NCBI GenBank assembly: GCA_013239625.1
Contig: MU053661.1
Span: 158,308 to 214,949 of the forward strand
DNA from: Lama guanicoe
Taxonomy: Eukaryota
Direction of reading: 5' to 3'
DNA: 56,642 nt
Made by a program: the position numbers and the translations under genes. Positions 25,791 through 38,979 of the stretch are shown piece after piece (the stretch's first letter is position 1; every line of letters starts with the position of its first letter). The notes beneath the pieces are model-generated. The model was given only the letters and a program-made list of their open reading frames with translations, did no database searches and had not been told where the DNA came from.

Positions 25791-27528
25791 GTGGGGCCAC
25801 CCCGCTTAGCGTGTGTCAGAGCCGTAAAGGCAGCATTTGTCTGTTGAGGATGCACTGGTAGCCCCTTGAATAGGTTGTGAATTTGGTGATTTCTTTTAAT
25901 CCTTGTAACTCTGTGTGCCATGGGCAGTTATTTTCATGGACAGATGAGGAATCTCAGAGTAAAGAAGACTGTGTAATTTGCCCAAAGTGAGACCATAATT
26001 TTGGGTGCAGGGGCCTCGGTTCAGCATGGGCCCCTGGGCCTTCTGCCCTCTCCGTTCAGCACCAGAGCCAGATGTGGGCTCGGCTGTTTCCCTGCCCAGA
26101 ATATCCGGCAGGCCGCAAGACACACCTGGCCCTGTGCTTCTTGAGCAAAAACTCAGGAGGGGAGGCAGTTACAAAAGGGATAAACATAAAAACAGACGGC
26201 AGCAAACTATGATCAGCTCTGAGAAGGAAAGGAACACGTCTCGCCGTGCAGAGCTGGGAGCTTTCCCGTCGGGGCTGCTCTGGGGGCGTTCATCTCAGCT
26301 AAACAAACTCTGCTGCTGCACCAAGCAAGAAAGGCAGGGCGCGTGTGGCCAGGTAGACAGGACCTCATTGATCGTACTCATTCCCCCTTAAGCGGCAGCT
26401 GTCACGGGCACTTACCTAGTAAACAGGTGTCGGCCATACTCATCACGCACTTTGCTTGGTAATTTTATTGGCCCCAGCTTTGAGATGAGGTCATTGAAGC
26501 TGGGGAGTTTGCTGCATGCCCGTGATTTCCTTGGAAATACTCCATTGGTCTTTCAACCTAGACTGGTGTGGCTGTCATGTCCCAGCCCTGTGAAAGGCTT
26601 CATGTAGCTTCTCCCAAGAGGCCCAAATGACTGACATTGATATTCTTAATTCGTAGGAAATGGTATGTGACAATAAGAGAAAAAAGTAGTAAGAAATTGT
26701 TTAGAAAACTAGAAAAAAACATTTCTTCCCCAGCTGGGGGAGCATACCCTGTGTCACTCACCCCACTCACTGCCTGTCACCTCCTCCCTGCCGACTCTAT
26801 GACTCCACATTCAGAAGCCACTCTGAGCCTTTGAAGAACATTTTGCCTCATGACACTGTTGACTAGGACCTGCGACATCTCTGTCCCTGGTTAATTCTCT
26901 CTACAAAGCCATTTAGGTTTTTTCCAGACTCCTCCGCTAAGATGAAGGAATAGCCTCTTTAAACTTCTTGTTGCAGCTCCTTAATGAAGATGTTGCGAAG
27001 GAAACCTAGCCAAACCCTGGGAGGTATGCACATAGTGACTGCAACCTCAGCACTTTGTGAAGTTCAGAATCAGAGGGGTGGGTGACTCAGGAAAGGATTT
27101 TTTAAGGTAACAAGGGGAAAGTGAAAGGACGCAGGCTGTGTGAGAAAGAAACATCTCAGTCCCAGCCAGCAAGGCACCTGCGTTCAGGATGGTGTGTGGA
27201 GAGTGCAGATTTCTCACAAAGAAAGAAGTGGTGGGATGGGAGGGAGGACAGTTAGGTATTTATTGGGGAGTAAAAAAGTGGGCTGAACATTTCCTGGTTG
27301 AACAAGAGGATTGTGACTTGATGTGCTTGTATTTTGGAGAGAAGGGTTTTGTGGGGACAGACAGGCTTAGGGCTCACTGGCTGGGGAGTCAGCATGAAAG
27401 GGAACCACAGAGAACCGGACAGACCCCAAGGCCCTGCTGGGGGAGAGGCTGCCCGCCAATTGGAGCCCAGGAGGCTGCTTCTGTCCCTTAGATGGGGCCT
27501 CAGAGCTCCCTTCACAACCCAGTCCTGT

Positions 27529-28149
27529 TGATACAAGAAAAAAAACATTGGGCATGAGAAGGGCTGTGTCCCAGTCTTTGGTTGAGCCCCTGGGATGTGC
27601 CCCACCAGATTTTGTTCCTTGGCTTCATGCAGTAAATAATTGAAGAGCAAGTCAGTGTTGAATAAAGGTAGATTTATTCAGAGAGATACATTGAAAGGCA
27701 AGAGAAACGTCACGAGGTGTGGGGGTTTGATGCTCAGATTAAAAGTAGGTACACACTCCATAGACAGAGTGTGGGCCTTCTCCGAAGAGGGAGAGTGGCG
27801 ACCGCGAGGTGGCGCTGTGTTGCTCGTTTTCTTGGACTTGGTGGTTTCATATGCTAATAAGTAGAAGGACCAGCCTTAGGGCAAGGGGCTGGGATTCCCA
27901 GGGAGTTGGCCATTTCCCACCCTGTGACCTTTTGTGGCTAGCCTTGGGACTGCAATGTTGCCTGGGGGCATGTTATTCACATTGTTACTATTACAATGGG
28001 TGATTAATGAAGCTCAAGATCTGCTAGAAGTTAAATCTCTTCATCCTGAGCCTCAAGGCCTATTGGGGGTTGAATCCTTCACCATTTTGATGTTAATTGC
28101 TGTGGACTTCCTTGAATGACTGTACTCTGCCCCCTTCCATCTTGTCTCA
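27529..28149 (-). mobile_element. Solo LTR, family Z (621 bp)
   Basis: TG...CA termini with perfect CTGT TSD; minus-strand AATAAA near 27673. Confidence 0.85.
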
Positions 28150-28335
28150 CTGTGATGAAACAGAGAGAGCAAAGGCTGGGCCCTGCCTGTGCTCCTGCAT
28201 TTAACAGCGGGAGGTGTGGGGTGGGCTGAGGATGACTCTGAGTGGTGAGAAGGATGTTTCAGATTTTCCCACGTGAGACATGTGGACCTTCCAGCAGCCA
28301 CCGCAGATTTATCTTACGGGCATTATCGCTTGTGT

Positions 28336-28725
28336 TATTACTGAAACAACAGGCCAGCCAAGAAACAAGCACTGAGATTTAATAAGCCGGCTGGCTCAGA
28401 GGGGCTCCTGTTCCGAAGCTCTGAGCACCTCCAAGACGTGCACATGTGGTTTTATAGGGTTAATTACAAGTATGGGGCTACTAGCCAATAAAGCTTAAAC
28501 AAAAACAAGCAAGGAATCAGTACACTGAAGCTTATCAATTTGGAACATATCACGTTACTGACAATTGTTGACCTTGGATTTATGAGTTAGCTTATTAGCC
28601 CAGTAAACTGACACTAAACTTCAGGTTTACCAGGTAGCCCAGCAAAACTTAGATCAGTAAACTGACACTTATCACACTTAGATTTGTGACTTAGCTTGTT
28701 AGCCCAGCTGGGCTTTTCCTTCACA
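28336..28725 (-). mobile_element. Solo LTR, family Y (single U3 unit)
   Basis: Homologous to 21591-22208; GTGT TSD; terminal TG mutated to TA. Confidence 0.92.
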
Positions 28726-28834
28726 GTGTCACTTAACTTTTCTATTTTTTTTTCTTTTTTTAAGTATTTAATCCAAATTTAATATCAGGGTTTTTTGGGA
28801 AAGAAATTTCTCTTTTTCTTTTCTTTGGGGCTCT

Positions 28835-28940
28835 TTTGGGGGTGTAGGTAATTAGGTGTATTTATCTGTTAATGGAGGCCCTGGGGCTTAAACCCAGGAC
28901 CCCGTGCACGCTAAGCACTCGCTCTACCACCCGCCCCATC
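28835..28940 (-). mobile_element. Camelid tRNA-derived SINE (vic-1-like)
   Basis: Minus strand GGTAGAGCGAGTGCTTAGCGTGCACGGGTCCTGGGTTTAAGCCCCAG...CCTAATTACC; pol III A/B-box-like head. Confidence 0.8.
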
Positions 28941-29539
28941 ATCTTTTTCTTTTTGCTTTAGCTGCCAAGAATCTTACACCTGAATTTCTAGTCAGCCTTT
29001 AACACTTGCCCTGACTTCATGGAATCCATTTTTATGACTTTATCTTGCCCTGGTTTCATTTAAGTTTTGAATCTCCATTTTCTCTTCACTCTCAATTTTG
29101 CCTTTTTGTTGTTATTGTTGTTAAGCTGTGTTTAAAAAAAAATTGTTTAAATTCTCTTTTAGCAAGAGGCTGAATGTAAATAAATATGTAAACAAACAGC
29201 ACAATTAAATGCTTTTATACATTCTAAGCTGTTTAGTAGTTACTTAAAAACCGAATTGAATATTAAAGTGATAACATTTTTAAATTATTTTTTAATTTTT
29301 TATAAAGACATAGCTGATTTAAAATATGATATAAGATTGAGGTGTACAATAGATGCTCCATTCATAGTTACTGTAAAACATTGGCTGTATTCCCTGTGTT
29401 GTAAGATACATCCCTCTAGCGTGTTTACATTACATGTTGCAGTTTGTATAAGAAATTCGGGTAATGCAGAGTCTGGGACGTGGCTGTGTCTGACCCAGGT
29501 TCACGCTCACCCTGCCTGTCAGAGCTCAGGCCCTCACTC

Positions 29540-29898
29540 NNNNNNNNNNNNNNNNNNNNNNNNNNNNNNNNNNNNNNNNNNNNNNNNNNNNNNNNNNNNN
29601 NNNNNNNNNNNNNNNNNNNNNNNNNNNNNNNNNNNNNNNNNNNNNNNNNNNNNNNNNNNNNNNNNNNNNNNNNNNNNNNNNNNNNNNNNNNNNNNNNNNN
29701 NNNNNNNNNNNNNNNNNNNNNNNNNNNNNNNNNNNNNNNNNNNNNNNNNNNNNNNNNNNNNNNNNNNNNNNNNNNNNNNNNNNNNNNNNNNNNNNNNNNN
29801 NNNNNNNNNNNNNNNNNNNNNNNNNNNNNNNNNNNNNNNNNNNNNNNNNNNNNNNNNNNNNNNNNNNNNNNNNNNNNNNNNNNNNNNNNNNNNNNNNN
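29540..29898. other. Assembly gap (N run)
   Basis: Ns in the sequence. Confidence 1.
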
Positions 29899-31395
29899 TA
29901 ATATCCTTTTTCTTTTTTTTCGTTTTTGGTCTATTTAAAAATATTTTCATTGAAGTCTAGTCAGTTTATAATGTTGTGTCAGTTTCTTGTGTACAGCACA
30001 ACACTTCAGTTAAATAGGAACATACCTGTATTCATTTTCATACTCTTTTTAGCATAAGTTACTATAAGATATTAAATATACTCTCCTGTGCTATACAGTA
30101 TAAACTTGCTGTTTATTCTTTACATACTCAGTATCTGCAAATCTTGAACTCCCAATTTATTCCTTCCCACACCCTCTCCTCTCAGGTAACCATAGTTTGG
30201 TTTCTATGTCTCTGTGTCTGTTTCTGTTCTGTAGATAAGTTTATCTTTTTGTTTCTTTGTTTTTTGTTTGTTTGTTTGTTTGTTTTTTAAGATTCCACTT
30301 GTGAGCGATCTCATATGGTATTTTAATTTCTCTTTCTGTCTTACTTCACTTAGAATAACATTCTCCAGGTCCATTGATGTTGCTGCAAATGGCATTATTT
30401 TATTATTATTTTATGGCTGAATAGTAGTCTAGTGGATAAAAATGCTATAACCTTTTTATCCAGTCATCTGTCAGTGGACATTTAGGTTGTTTCCATGTCT
30501 TGCTATTTTAAATAGTGCTGCTGCGAACATTGGGGTGAAAGTGTCTTTTTGAATTACGGATCCTTCTGGATATATGCCCAGGAGTGGGATTGCTGGGTCA
30601 TATGGGTGGTCAATTTTTTGTCTTTAGAGGAACCTCTATAGAGTTTTCTACAATGGCTCCACCAAACTGCATTCCCACCACAGTGTAGGAGTGTTCCCAA
30701 TTCTCCGCAGCCTCTCCAGTATTTATTGTCTGTGAACTTCTGAATGATGGCTATTCTGACGGGTGAGAGGTAATACTTGATTGCAGTTTTGATTTGCATT
30801 TCTCTGATAATGGTATTGAACATTTTTTCATGTGCCTATTGGCCATTAGTATGTCTTCGTTGGAGAAATGTTTCTTTAGGACGTCTGCCCATTTTTGAAT
30901 TGAATTGTTTGTTTTTCTTTCTTATGGAGTGTAAAAGCTGTTTAAGTATTCTGGGAATTAAGCCCTTATCAGTTTCATTTACTGCAAATATTTTCTCCCA
31001 TTCCATAGGTTGGTTGTCTTTTTGTTTTGCTTTCTGTTTCCTTAGCTGTGCAGAAGCTTGTAAGTTTAATTAGATCCAACTTGTATATTTTTTGTTGTAT
31101 TTCTATTGCTTGAGTAGACTGCTCTAGGAAAACATTGCTGAGATATATGTCAGATGTTTTGCCTATGGTTGCTTCTAAAAGGTTTATAGTGTCTTGTCTA
31201 CATGTCTAAGTCTTTAAGCCATTTTGAATTCATTTTTGTGTATGCTGTGAGGGAGTAGTCTACCTTCAATGACTTACATGCAGCTGTTCAGTTTTCCCTA
31301 CACCATTTGCTGAAGAGACTGTCTTTACTCCATTGTATGTTCTCACCTCCTTTGTCAAAGATTCAATGACCAAAAGTTTGTCGGACAATTCTTGG
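29899..31395 (-). mobile_element. 5'-truncated lineage L1 (3'UTR plus ORF2 C-terminus)
   Basis: ORF fragments [25 protein letters not shown]...CGELGTLLHCGGN and MPFAATSMDLENVILSEVRQKEK match the L1 ORF2p C-terminus. Confidence 0.92.
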
Positions 31396-31521
31396 TAATT
31401 TTGTTTATCCGTTCATTGATGGATGGATATTGTTAGTAACTTTTGGCTACTCTAAATGATACTGCTATGACTATTGATGTGAAAGTTTTTGTGAGAATAT
31501 GTTTTCATTCTGTTGGCTGTA

Positions 31522-31661
31522 CAGTTGGCCCGCCATATCTGTAGTTTCCACTACATGGATCTAGATGGCTGATTGTAAAGGAACTCGAACATCCTTGGAT
31601 TATGGTATCCAGGGTGGGGGGTTCCTGAAACCAACCCCCCGAGGATACTGAGGGATGACTC
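31522..31661. mobile_element. Tigger/Tc1-mariner-derived MITE
   Basis: TA-CAGTTGGCCCGCCATATC ... GGATACTGAGGGATGACTC-TA: imperfect terminal inverted repeats with TA target duplication. Confidence 0.75.
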
Positions 31662-32097
31662 TACATGTAGGAGTAGAATTGCTGAGCAATATAACTCTAA
31701 GCTTTTGAGGAAATACCAGACTTCTGCAAAGAAGCTGCACCATTGTCCCTTTCCACTGGCCGCATAAGAGGTTTCTCTGCCTCCTGACTGACACTTGTTA
31801 TTGTCCATGTTTTGATTATAACCATCCTAGTGGGTGTAAAATGAGATCTCATTTTGATTTTGATTTGGTTAGTGATGCTGAGCATCATTTCATATGCTTA
31901 TTGGCCATTTCTATATCTATTTAAATTCGTGGTAAATTTAAAAATTGGGTCTATTTTCTTGTATTGTTCAGTTGTAAGCATTTGTTATATATCCTGGATA
32001 CTACTCTTTTATTAGATACATGCTTTGCAAAATTTTTCTTCTATTCTGCACATTGTCCTTTCACTATAGTTTTTTTAAACATTAAAACAATTTCTTT

Positions 32098-32180
32098 ACA
32101 GAGGAGGTAATTAGATGTATTGATTTATTTTATTTTTCTTGCTAAGCACGCACTCTATCACTTGAGATACCCATTTCCCC
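32098..32180 (-). mobile_element. vic-1-like SINE, internally deleted
   Basis: GGAGGTAATTAG...GCTAAGCACGCACTCTATCAC. Confidence 0.6.
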
Positions 32181-35100
32181 TGTCATTTCACTTTCTTGAT
32201 GATGTCCTTTGTAAGAAAAAGGTTTTAATTTTGATGAATTCCAGGTTATCTGCTTTTTTCTTCTATGTCTTCTTTTAGAAAGTTTATAGGTTTAGTTTTT
32301 ACGTTTCTGTCTGTGATCCATTTTGAATTAATCTTTATTTGTTATATAAAATACGGGGGTCCAGATTCCAGATTCATTCTTTTGCCTGCAGATACCCAGC
32401 TGTCCCTGCCCCATTTGTTGAATAGACTATTCTTTCAATGGAGAGTTGTTGGCCCCCTTGTGGAAAACTGTCTGTAAATGTAAGTTTTTTCCCCCTGGGT
32501 TTTTTTTGTGTCTCATAGTTTTATTTACCAACATTTATCCCAGTCCCATACTGATTTGTGTTTTATAGTTTTTACCTTTAAAGTGAGTCCTCCAACTTTG
32601 CTCTTCTTTTTCAAGATTGTTTTGGATGTCCTGGGCCCCTTGCACGTCCATATGAATTTTGAGATCAGTTTTTCAATTTTTGCAAAGAAGTCAGCTGGAA
32701 TTTTGATAGGGATTCCACTGAATATGTAGATCACTTTGGGGAGTCTTAACATTTTTAATAATATTGTCTATCATTCCATGAAAATGGGATGTCTTCCATA
32801 TATGTAGATTTTTAAAATTTATTTTGGTGATACTTCATAATGTTCAATGTACAAATCTTGTAAATTTTTGTTAAATGTATCTCTCATTTTATTTTTAATG
32901 CTGTTGTAAATGGAAAGGCTGAGTTTCTTATTGGTGGGAATATATATCAATCTTCTTATTTCTTGAATTCCTTCACAGCAAATACCCTAGGTTTATATTT
33001 GCTACATAAATCTATCCACAACTATTCCCCGCCCCGTGTTATAAGAAACCAAGTCCCAAGTTAAGCTACCTGAACACCTATGTGGAAGTGAGAAATGAGA
33101 CCCTTGGGTGGGGCTTTGTGCAGATGATACTGGAGCTTATTCAGGATGGCTTCATCTTAATTTCTTTTAAACAACCCTTTCAGTGTATTTAGTCAGATAC
33201 ATTAAGAACATGCCCTTTTGATGTGCAGAGGAGCTAAGATTATCATTTTAAAATAATTTCTAGTGAGAGTGTTGTACTTGAAACCTAATTTACATCTATC
33301 TTTGAAGATTTATGTTTCAGGAGCTTTGACTAAAGAACACCTGTCTTTATTCAATAATGACAACTAAATGCTCAAGCAACATGTAAGAGTTTGAGCAAAC
33401 TGCCCCCGCCCCGTAGTGCTGGGTGGCTGCAGCTGTAACTGGAGTCAGCGCTTACCTCCCCCAGTACGCTTGTGCTGATCTGCTCAAAGGGGTTCGTCCA
33501 ACAGTTTGTCAGTAGTCTGTTGGACAAAGTCATAAAACATTGATTGAAGGTTGCTGGAATGGAATCTATTCTTATTAATATTAAGTAAGCACATATTGAG
33601 TGCTTACTGTATGATGGAATTGTCCCTCAGCCTCACATGAATATTATTTCTCTTAAAACCTCACATATTTCCTTGTTATTCTCACTTTACAGATAAGGAG
33701 ACTGAGAATTACGTCTTCTCTCTTTTGGAGGGCGCTCATTATCAATGACGGGAAGTTGTAAGGAAAAAGATATTGATTCATCCTGAGAAAACATTTTTCT
33801 GAGAGTCAGCAATGAAGAAGATGAACACTGAAGAAGGTGATCATTGTTCGAGTGAGACGAGCCCTGGGTTGTGCAGAGTCAGCATCCCTGTCCTGGACAC
33901 GGCACGTGAAGCGCTGCGTGGTGGGGGAGGCGGCGCGGCCACGCAGGGAACCCGGATGCCAGGTCATTGGGCTGTGCTCAGGCCCGGTTGGGCTTTCTCC
34001 TACGGGCAGTGGACCGTCATTGACAGATTTTAAGTAGGGGAGTGGGGTGTCCTAGTAGTTCACTTTTGTCTTGTAGAATGCTTGGAAACATTTAGAAGGC
34101 TTGGCAGGAGGTGATGTGATGAGTCAGAGTAGGGTGGCTGCGAGGTGTAGCAGTGTTCAGTTTTCAAGTGGTTTTCAGTCCCAGGCTTGTGGCTCAGTTG
34201 CCATGTCACTCTGGATGACGCACTGAAGGAAGTGCAACAATTTATCTAATCAATTGAAGCAGTGATGTACCCAATTCCCAGGACTGTTGTGGAGATCCAG
34301 TGAGATAACGTGTGCACAGTGTGCAGCATGGTCTCCAGCACAGAATCAGTGCTGAGTGAGTGCCAGTGAGTACCTGGTAGGTCAGGTTTGGGTGGTGGGA
34401 TTCGGTGACTGAGAATATCTGGGCCCTGAAGGAGGGGTCCATTCACAACTGTGAGTGATGGGACTGAGTTGGGAGAGGCAGGGAGACCTTACCCCCCGAC
34501 CAGGTGCCCTGGGCAGGACGGCTATGGGAGGAGAACCGTGAAGTCAGCTCTTTGCAGGTGGAGTTGGAGGTGCTCTTGAGACATCTAATTGCAATGTCAC
34601 GAGCTCAAAGAGGAGGTCTGGGCCCGGGCTGTGCATTTTCCTATAATCTCAACACCTGAGGACGCCGAAGTATTTATCACTGAACGTGAAGGCATACTTT
34701 ACAGGACAAATGAATAGTAGTATCATCTCTGTCATCAAAGCTCACATCTCTTTATTCATCACTCACTTTGCTAATAGGGTACTTACAGAGCTCACTTCAC
34801 CGTCCTCCCCTGGGCTCAGGCTCCACAGAAAAGAGCTGGTGAGTCTCCCTCTTTTCCAGAAGAAGACACATTTAGTTGGTAGCTTTCTGTACCTCGCCAG
34901 ACTTAGTATACTAGTTTGTTGATTTAATTCTATTTTCTGTTGGCCGTGTCCTGACAGGAGAGACATTTTACCTCATGGTCATGTTTCAATTAGCTGTTAC
35001 TGAGAATTGCTGATCTGATACATAGTGTATGTATTATATTAACTTTGTAGAGTAGTTATCATTTTTCTGTCTTTGCCCTTTAATTTTGTTTGCCCCTTCA

Positions 35101-36973
35101 ATGTTCTATCCTATTTGGGGCCTTATTTTTTTTAATTAAAAAATGTCTGTTAACAGTTAACAAAACAAAAGCAAAGAAAAAATAGACATGATAGCTAAAT
35201 TTAGAAAATATCTAGTGTGTTTTTTGTCTCGGCAATGGAGGGTTCTAGAAACTCGTGAAAACCTTCATTACACAAGTTTCTTAAAATGCTGATTAAGAAA
35301 TAAAACCTCCCTTCCTCATCTTTCAAGCTGCACAGCTAATTGTCAAGAAAGTGAGGGGAAATCCTCAGAAGCCAAGACAAACGAGAAAGCAGGGATTCTG
35401 GGAGACACACGAGCCTTAGAAGCCCTGGGATGCTGGTTGGCTCCCGAACTGATTTTCAGTTGCCTTGACAAGAGTGCAGAAGATGAGCCCCAGGCCTCTC
35501 ACACTGGGAGTTGGATGGCTGATCATATTATCGGCCAAGCCCATCCTGAGAATCTTGGTTTACTAAAGGGTGAAATAGGAAAAAAAAATTCCTCAAGGCA
35601 AGAAAGTAAGGAAAGTCAATTTTGTTGGAAGAGGGGAAAAATAACAAATCCAAAGTAAGGATATAGTTTAAAGCTGTTCTGACATGAGAGTGACCACAAA
35701 CTTCTGGCAGAAACGCACAGCTACTCCTTAATTGAGAAGTTGTGTTATGAATGAATCAGTGAACAGCGATTCCAAAAAAGGCCTCCAGAGTCTTGTGGAT
35801 CAAGATGCTGAACCGCAAACACCTGTCTTCCAAGGTCTCATTCAAATAACCAGAAAGGTTTTAAAGGAAATTAGTCACAATCATAGTTTTATTTATTGAC
35901 ATTTCTATATGCTAGGAATTCAGAGGTGACTATGTAGCTGTCTCCTCTTTTATGGACCTTACTTTCTCTTTGGGGAGACAAAATGACATAGTTGGGTAGC
36001 TTGGTGGAGGGTGGTGTTAGTCTGTTGCAATTAGCCAGGAGAGGAGATTAAGAAAACAGTGAAGGGTGGGTGACATTTTTAGCTGAGAACAGTCTTGTTC
36101 ACTTGGTTTTTAATTGCAGGCTCAATGAGCTGTCACTGGAGGGAATAGATATTACGGAGGATGGACTTAGCTCAGGCCTCTTTGGAATGCACAAGTGAAC
36201 CTGGAGAAAGACAGTCAAATCTGTGCAGACATTAAATTTCACTTGAACATGCTACTCCATCCCTAAAGATAGGACAAATATGCAGCACTTCTTGAGGACA
36301 GAGGAGTGGTTTTAAAGGTTCTCCAAGAATGAATCCCAGGGAACCGAGATGGCCAGTTGTCAAACTGTGACTTTGCTTTTTGGACGGTGTACCCAGCAAG
36401 GGTATTGGCCTTTTGTAGGTTTCCATTTCTCTTTAATACATGTCTGTTCATGAGGACGTGGGCACAAGTGTTTGACACCTTGTCGAGGCGACTTTGGGTA
36501 CCTGCCTAGAAGCGCGGGCACAGCTACGGATGCGTCATATATCTTGCAGCCCATCCCGTTCCCAGGCTCCATGATCACGGCAGAGTGGTTCCTTGTTGAC
36601 CTGTCCATCTCCTCTGTGACATCATAACCCATGAAAAGACCGGAGCGTATTAACTTGGCTTTGTTAAATTCAAAGGAACAGATCAAATATGGAGTCAGAT
36701 TTGCTGTTTCCTATTTCAGTAGTGCCATGGAGAAGGCAGTTTGGGCAGCTTTTGTAGTTTCCTGGAGGCTTTCTCTCTCAGCTTCTGGGCTCCTCTATTG
36801 AAAACCCTTCATAGCTGTCTGGGCTGCTGGAAAAGCACTCTGCCTGTTTTGCCCTGAAGATGTGTTCTGTTTATAACTCATCTCTACTCCTTGGAAAACA
36901 ACTCAATAAAAACTCAGTTGGTTTTCCACCAGCCATGGGCAGGGGTGAGGTATACCATGTTATTATTTCATAA

Positions 36974-37023
36974 AATAATAATAATAATAGTAATAATAGT
37001 AAAAATAGTAATAATAGTAGTAA

Positions 37024-37097
<74 letters not shown>
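36974..37097. repeat. Compound (AAT)n/(AGT)n trinucleotide microsatellite
   Basis: Read directly; gives the spurious poly-Leu and poly-Ile/Val ORFs. Confidence 0.95.
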
Positions 37098-37100
<3 letters not shown>

Positions 37101-37488
37101 GAAGTCTTAAAACAGCGTTGAGCACATTGGAGAGAGTCGATAAATGCTTTCTGGCTTAAATCAAAAGTGATGACTCAGTGATTCCATGGCTGCTGTATTT
37201 GCTAAGCTAGTTAATCCTTTGCTCCATTACACATTTTTTTAAATGAAAAAGAAATACAAGCAAATGGTTAAAAAAAAAAAACTCAAACAGAGCACAAAAA
37301 TACACAAGTGAAAGAAGTTTTCCCTCATCCTCTGTTCATTCAGCCCTCCCTGGAGATGCCACTGTTTACTATCCTTTGGGTGCTTTTCCAGATATGCTTT
37401 GTACATTCCCACCTATGTATGTAAATTCCTTTATCGTTTTAGTTATTTTTAACTAAAGGGATTTAAATCCTCAAATGGTTTCTGCCCG

Positions 37489-37972
37489 GATAATAGAACA
37501 GAACAAGTCTGACTCCATATTAGATCTGTTCCTTTGACTTTAACCATATACTCTGTCTCCTAGGCTTCATCTTGCTTGTAAAACACTGTTGCTTAGAGCC
37601 TGAAATATACAGGAGAGCCTATTCTGAAGGCTCTGACCTTTGAGGATATTTAACACTTTTTGATTCATAAAAAGATAACAAATTGCAGAATAGAAAATAA
37701 CGTTTGTTTTGTTGGAGGTTTACAAGGATCTGACACAGGCAGATAGCTGCAAGAACAAAGGATTCTAACAAGAAGGAATTCCTACACCAAGATGTTGGCA
37801 ACAACCAAGCACATAGGAAAGGAGCCTGAATTGTGACTTGGGGAGATGGTTTTCCAGGACATTAGTTTGCCATCTAGGTCTACAGAAACTTACTATTCCA
37901 TGCCCCAACATCTGGTCTCCCAACTTATTGGCCTGTCCTGCATTGAGGAGAATGAATTTGGAATTGGTAACA
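37489..37972 (+). mobile_element. ERV LTR related to family X
   Basis: Reverse-complement homologue of 12428-12965, ending ...GGTAACA; left boundary approximate. Confidence 0.8.
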
Positions 37973-37985
37973 CTCCTATCTACCT

Positions 37986-38197
37986 NNNNNNNNNNNNNNN
38001 NNNNNNNNNNNNNNNNNNNNNNNNNNNNNNNNNNNNNNNNNNNNNNNNNNNNNNNNNNNNNNNNNNNNNNNNNNNNNNNNNNNNNNNNNNNNNNNNNNNN
38101 NNNNNNNNNNNNNNNNNNNNNNNNNNNNNNNNNNNNNNNNNNNNNNNNNNNNNNNNNNNNNNNNNNNNNNNNNNNNNNNNNNNNNNNNNNNNNNNNN
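37986..38197. other. Assembly gap (N run)
   Basis: Ns in the sequence. Confidence 1.
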
Positions 38198-38423
38198 TCA
38201 AAGAACACAAGGAATCAGTACACTGGAGCTTATCAATTTGTAATAGATCACGTTACTGACACTTGTTGAGCTTGGATTTACGAGTTAGCTTGTTATCCCA
38301 ATAAACTGACACTAAACTTCACATTTACAAGATAGCCCAGCAGAATTTAGATCAGTAAATCGACACTTATCACACTTAGATTTGTGACTTAGCTTGTTAG
38401 CCCAGCTGGACTTTTCCTTCACA
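38198..38423 (-). mobile_element. Family Y LTR; remainder presumably in the gap
   Basis: AAGGAATCAGTACACTGGAGC...TTTTCCTTCACA, collinear with 21785-22208. Confidence 0.9.
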
Positions 38424-38699
38424 TGAGGACGGCTCTCCCACACCCAGGGAACTACTGTGAGCTCTTGATGTTTACACTAGGGTGGGGTGTGGTTTACCCA
38501 GGAGGGATGGGGACTATGCACCAACACTCAGGCAGTCTGCTCTGTCTGGGGCTCTGATCTTGTACCTCCCGCTCCCCGCCAGCCCAACACCTGGGACAGT
38601 GGAGCTAAGGCAGAGATCGTGCCTGCCTGTTTCCCGGCGTGTAAAAGGGGAATATATACTCTTCCCAAGGTAGTTCTGAGCGACAACACCTGTGGGTGC

Positions 38700-38835
38700 T
38701 TCGTTCTCAGAGCAACAGAAAACCCAGCTCCGCGTGGGGGCAACGGGTGTGATCCCCGTAGGGTTTCAGCAGAAGCATCGGATGGAGGGCTGGATCAGGG
38801 AGGTAAAACTTAAGCTGCAGGCCTTGAAGGGTTAC
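38700..38835 (+). pseudogene. TRAPPC9: Relic of TRAPPC9 upstream alternative exon 1 (long-isoform N-terminal extension)
   Basis: 38800-38832 reads EVKLKLQALKG versus recalled human long isoform EVKFELRALKD, which lies just before WDFK-MSVPDY; PRGG appears just upstream in another frame. Short match, from memory. Confidence 0.5.
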
Positions 38836-38979
38836 AGAAGGGTACAGAGGCAGGTCTGCCGCCTCCTTCGGGGTGCACCCAGAGGTAAAGCTTTTTCTCT
38901 CCATCTCCGCTACGACCCTCCCTTCTCTCTGCTACTCTTGTACATCTGTCTCCCTCCACTTTTCTCCTCCTCTACACCC

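Larger units (their letters stand above)
31396..32915 (-). mobile_element. Older L1M fragment, interrupted by a MITE and a SINE
   Basis: ORF pieces IKIKMRSHFTPTRMVIIK and LPKVIYIFSGIPIKIPADFFAKIEKLISKFIW..KGPRTSKTILKKKSKVGGLTL (L1 ORF2p). Confidence 0.9.

Noticed and set aside
29256..29960. Long ORFs containing X runs (also 37765-38269)
   Set aside because: Artefacts of the N gaps.
36871..37125. Poly-Leu and poly-Ile/Val ORFs
   Set aside because: Translations of the AAT/AGT microsatellite.
38750..38775. GATCCCCGTAGGGTTTCAGCAGA, resembling the end of TRAPPC9 exon 8
   Set aside because: Upstream sequence does not match exon 8 and there is no donor; likely chance.
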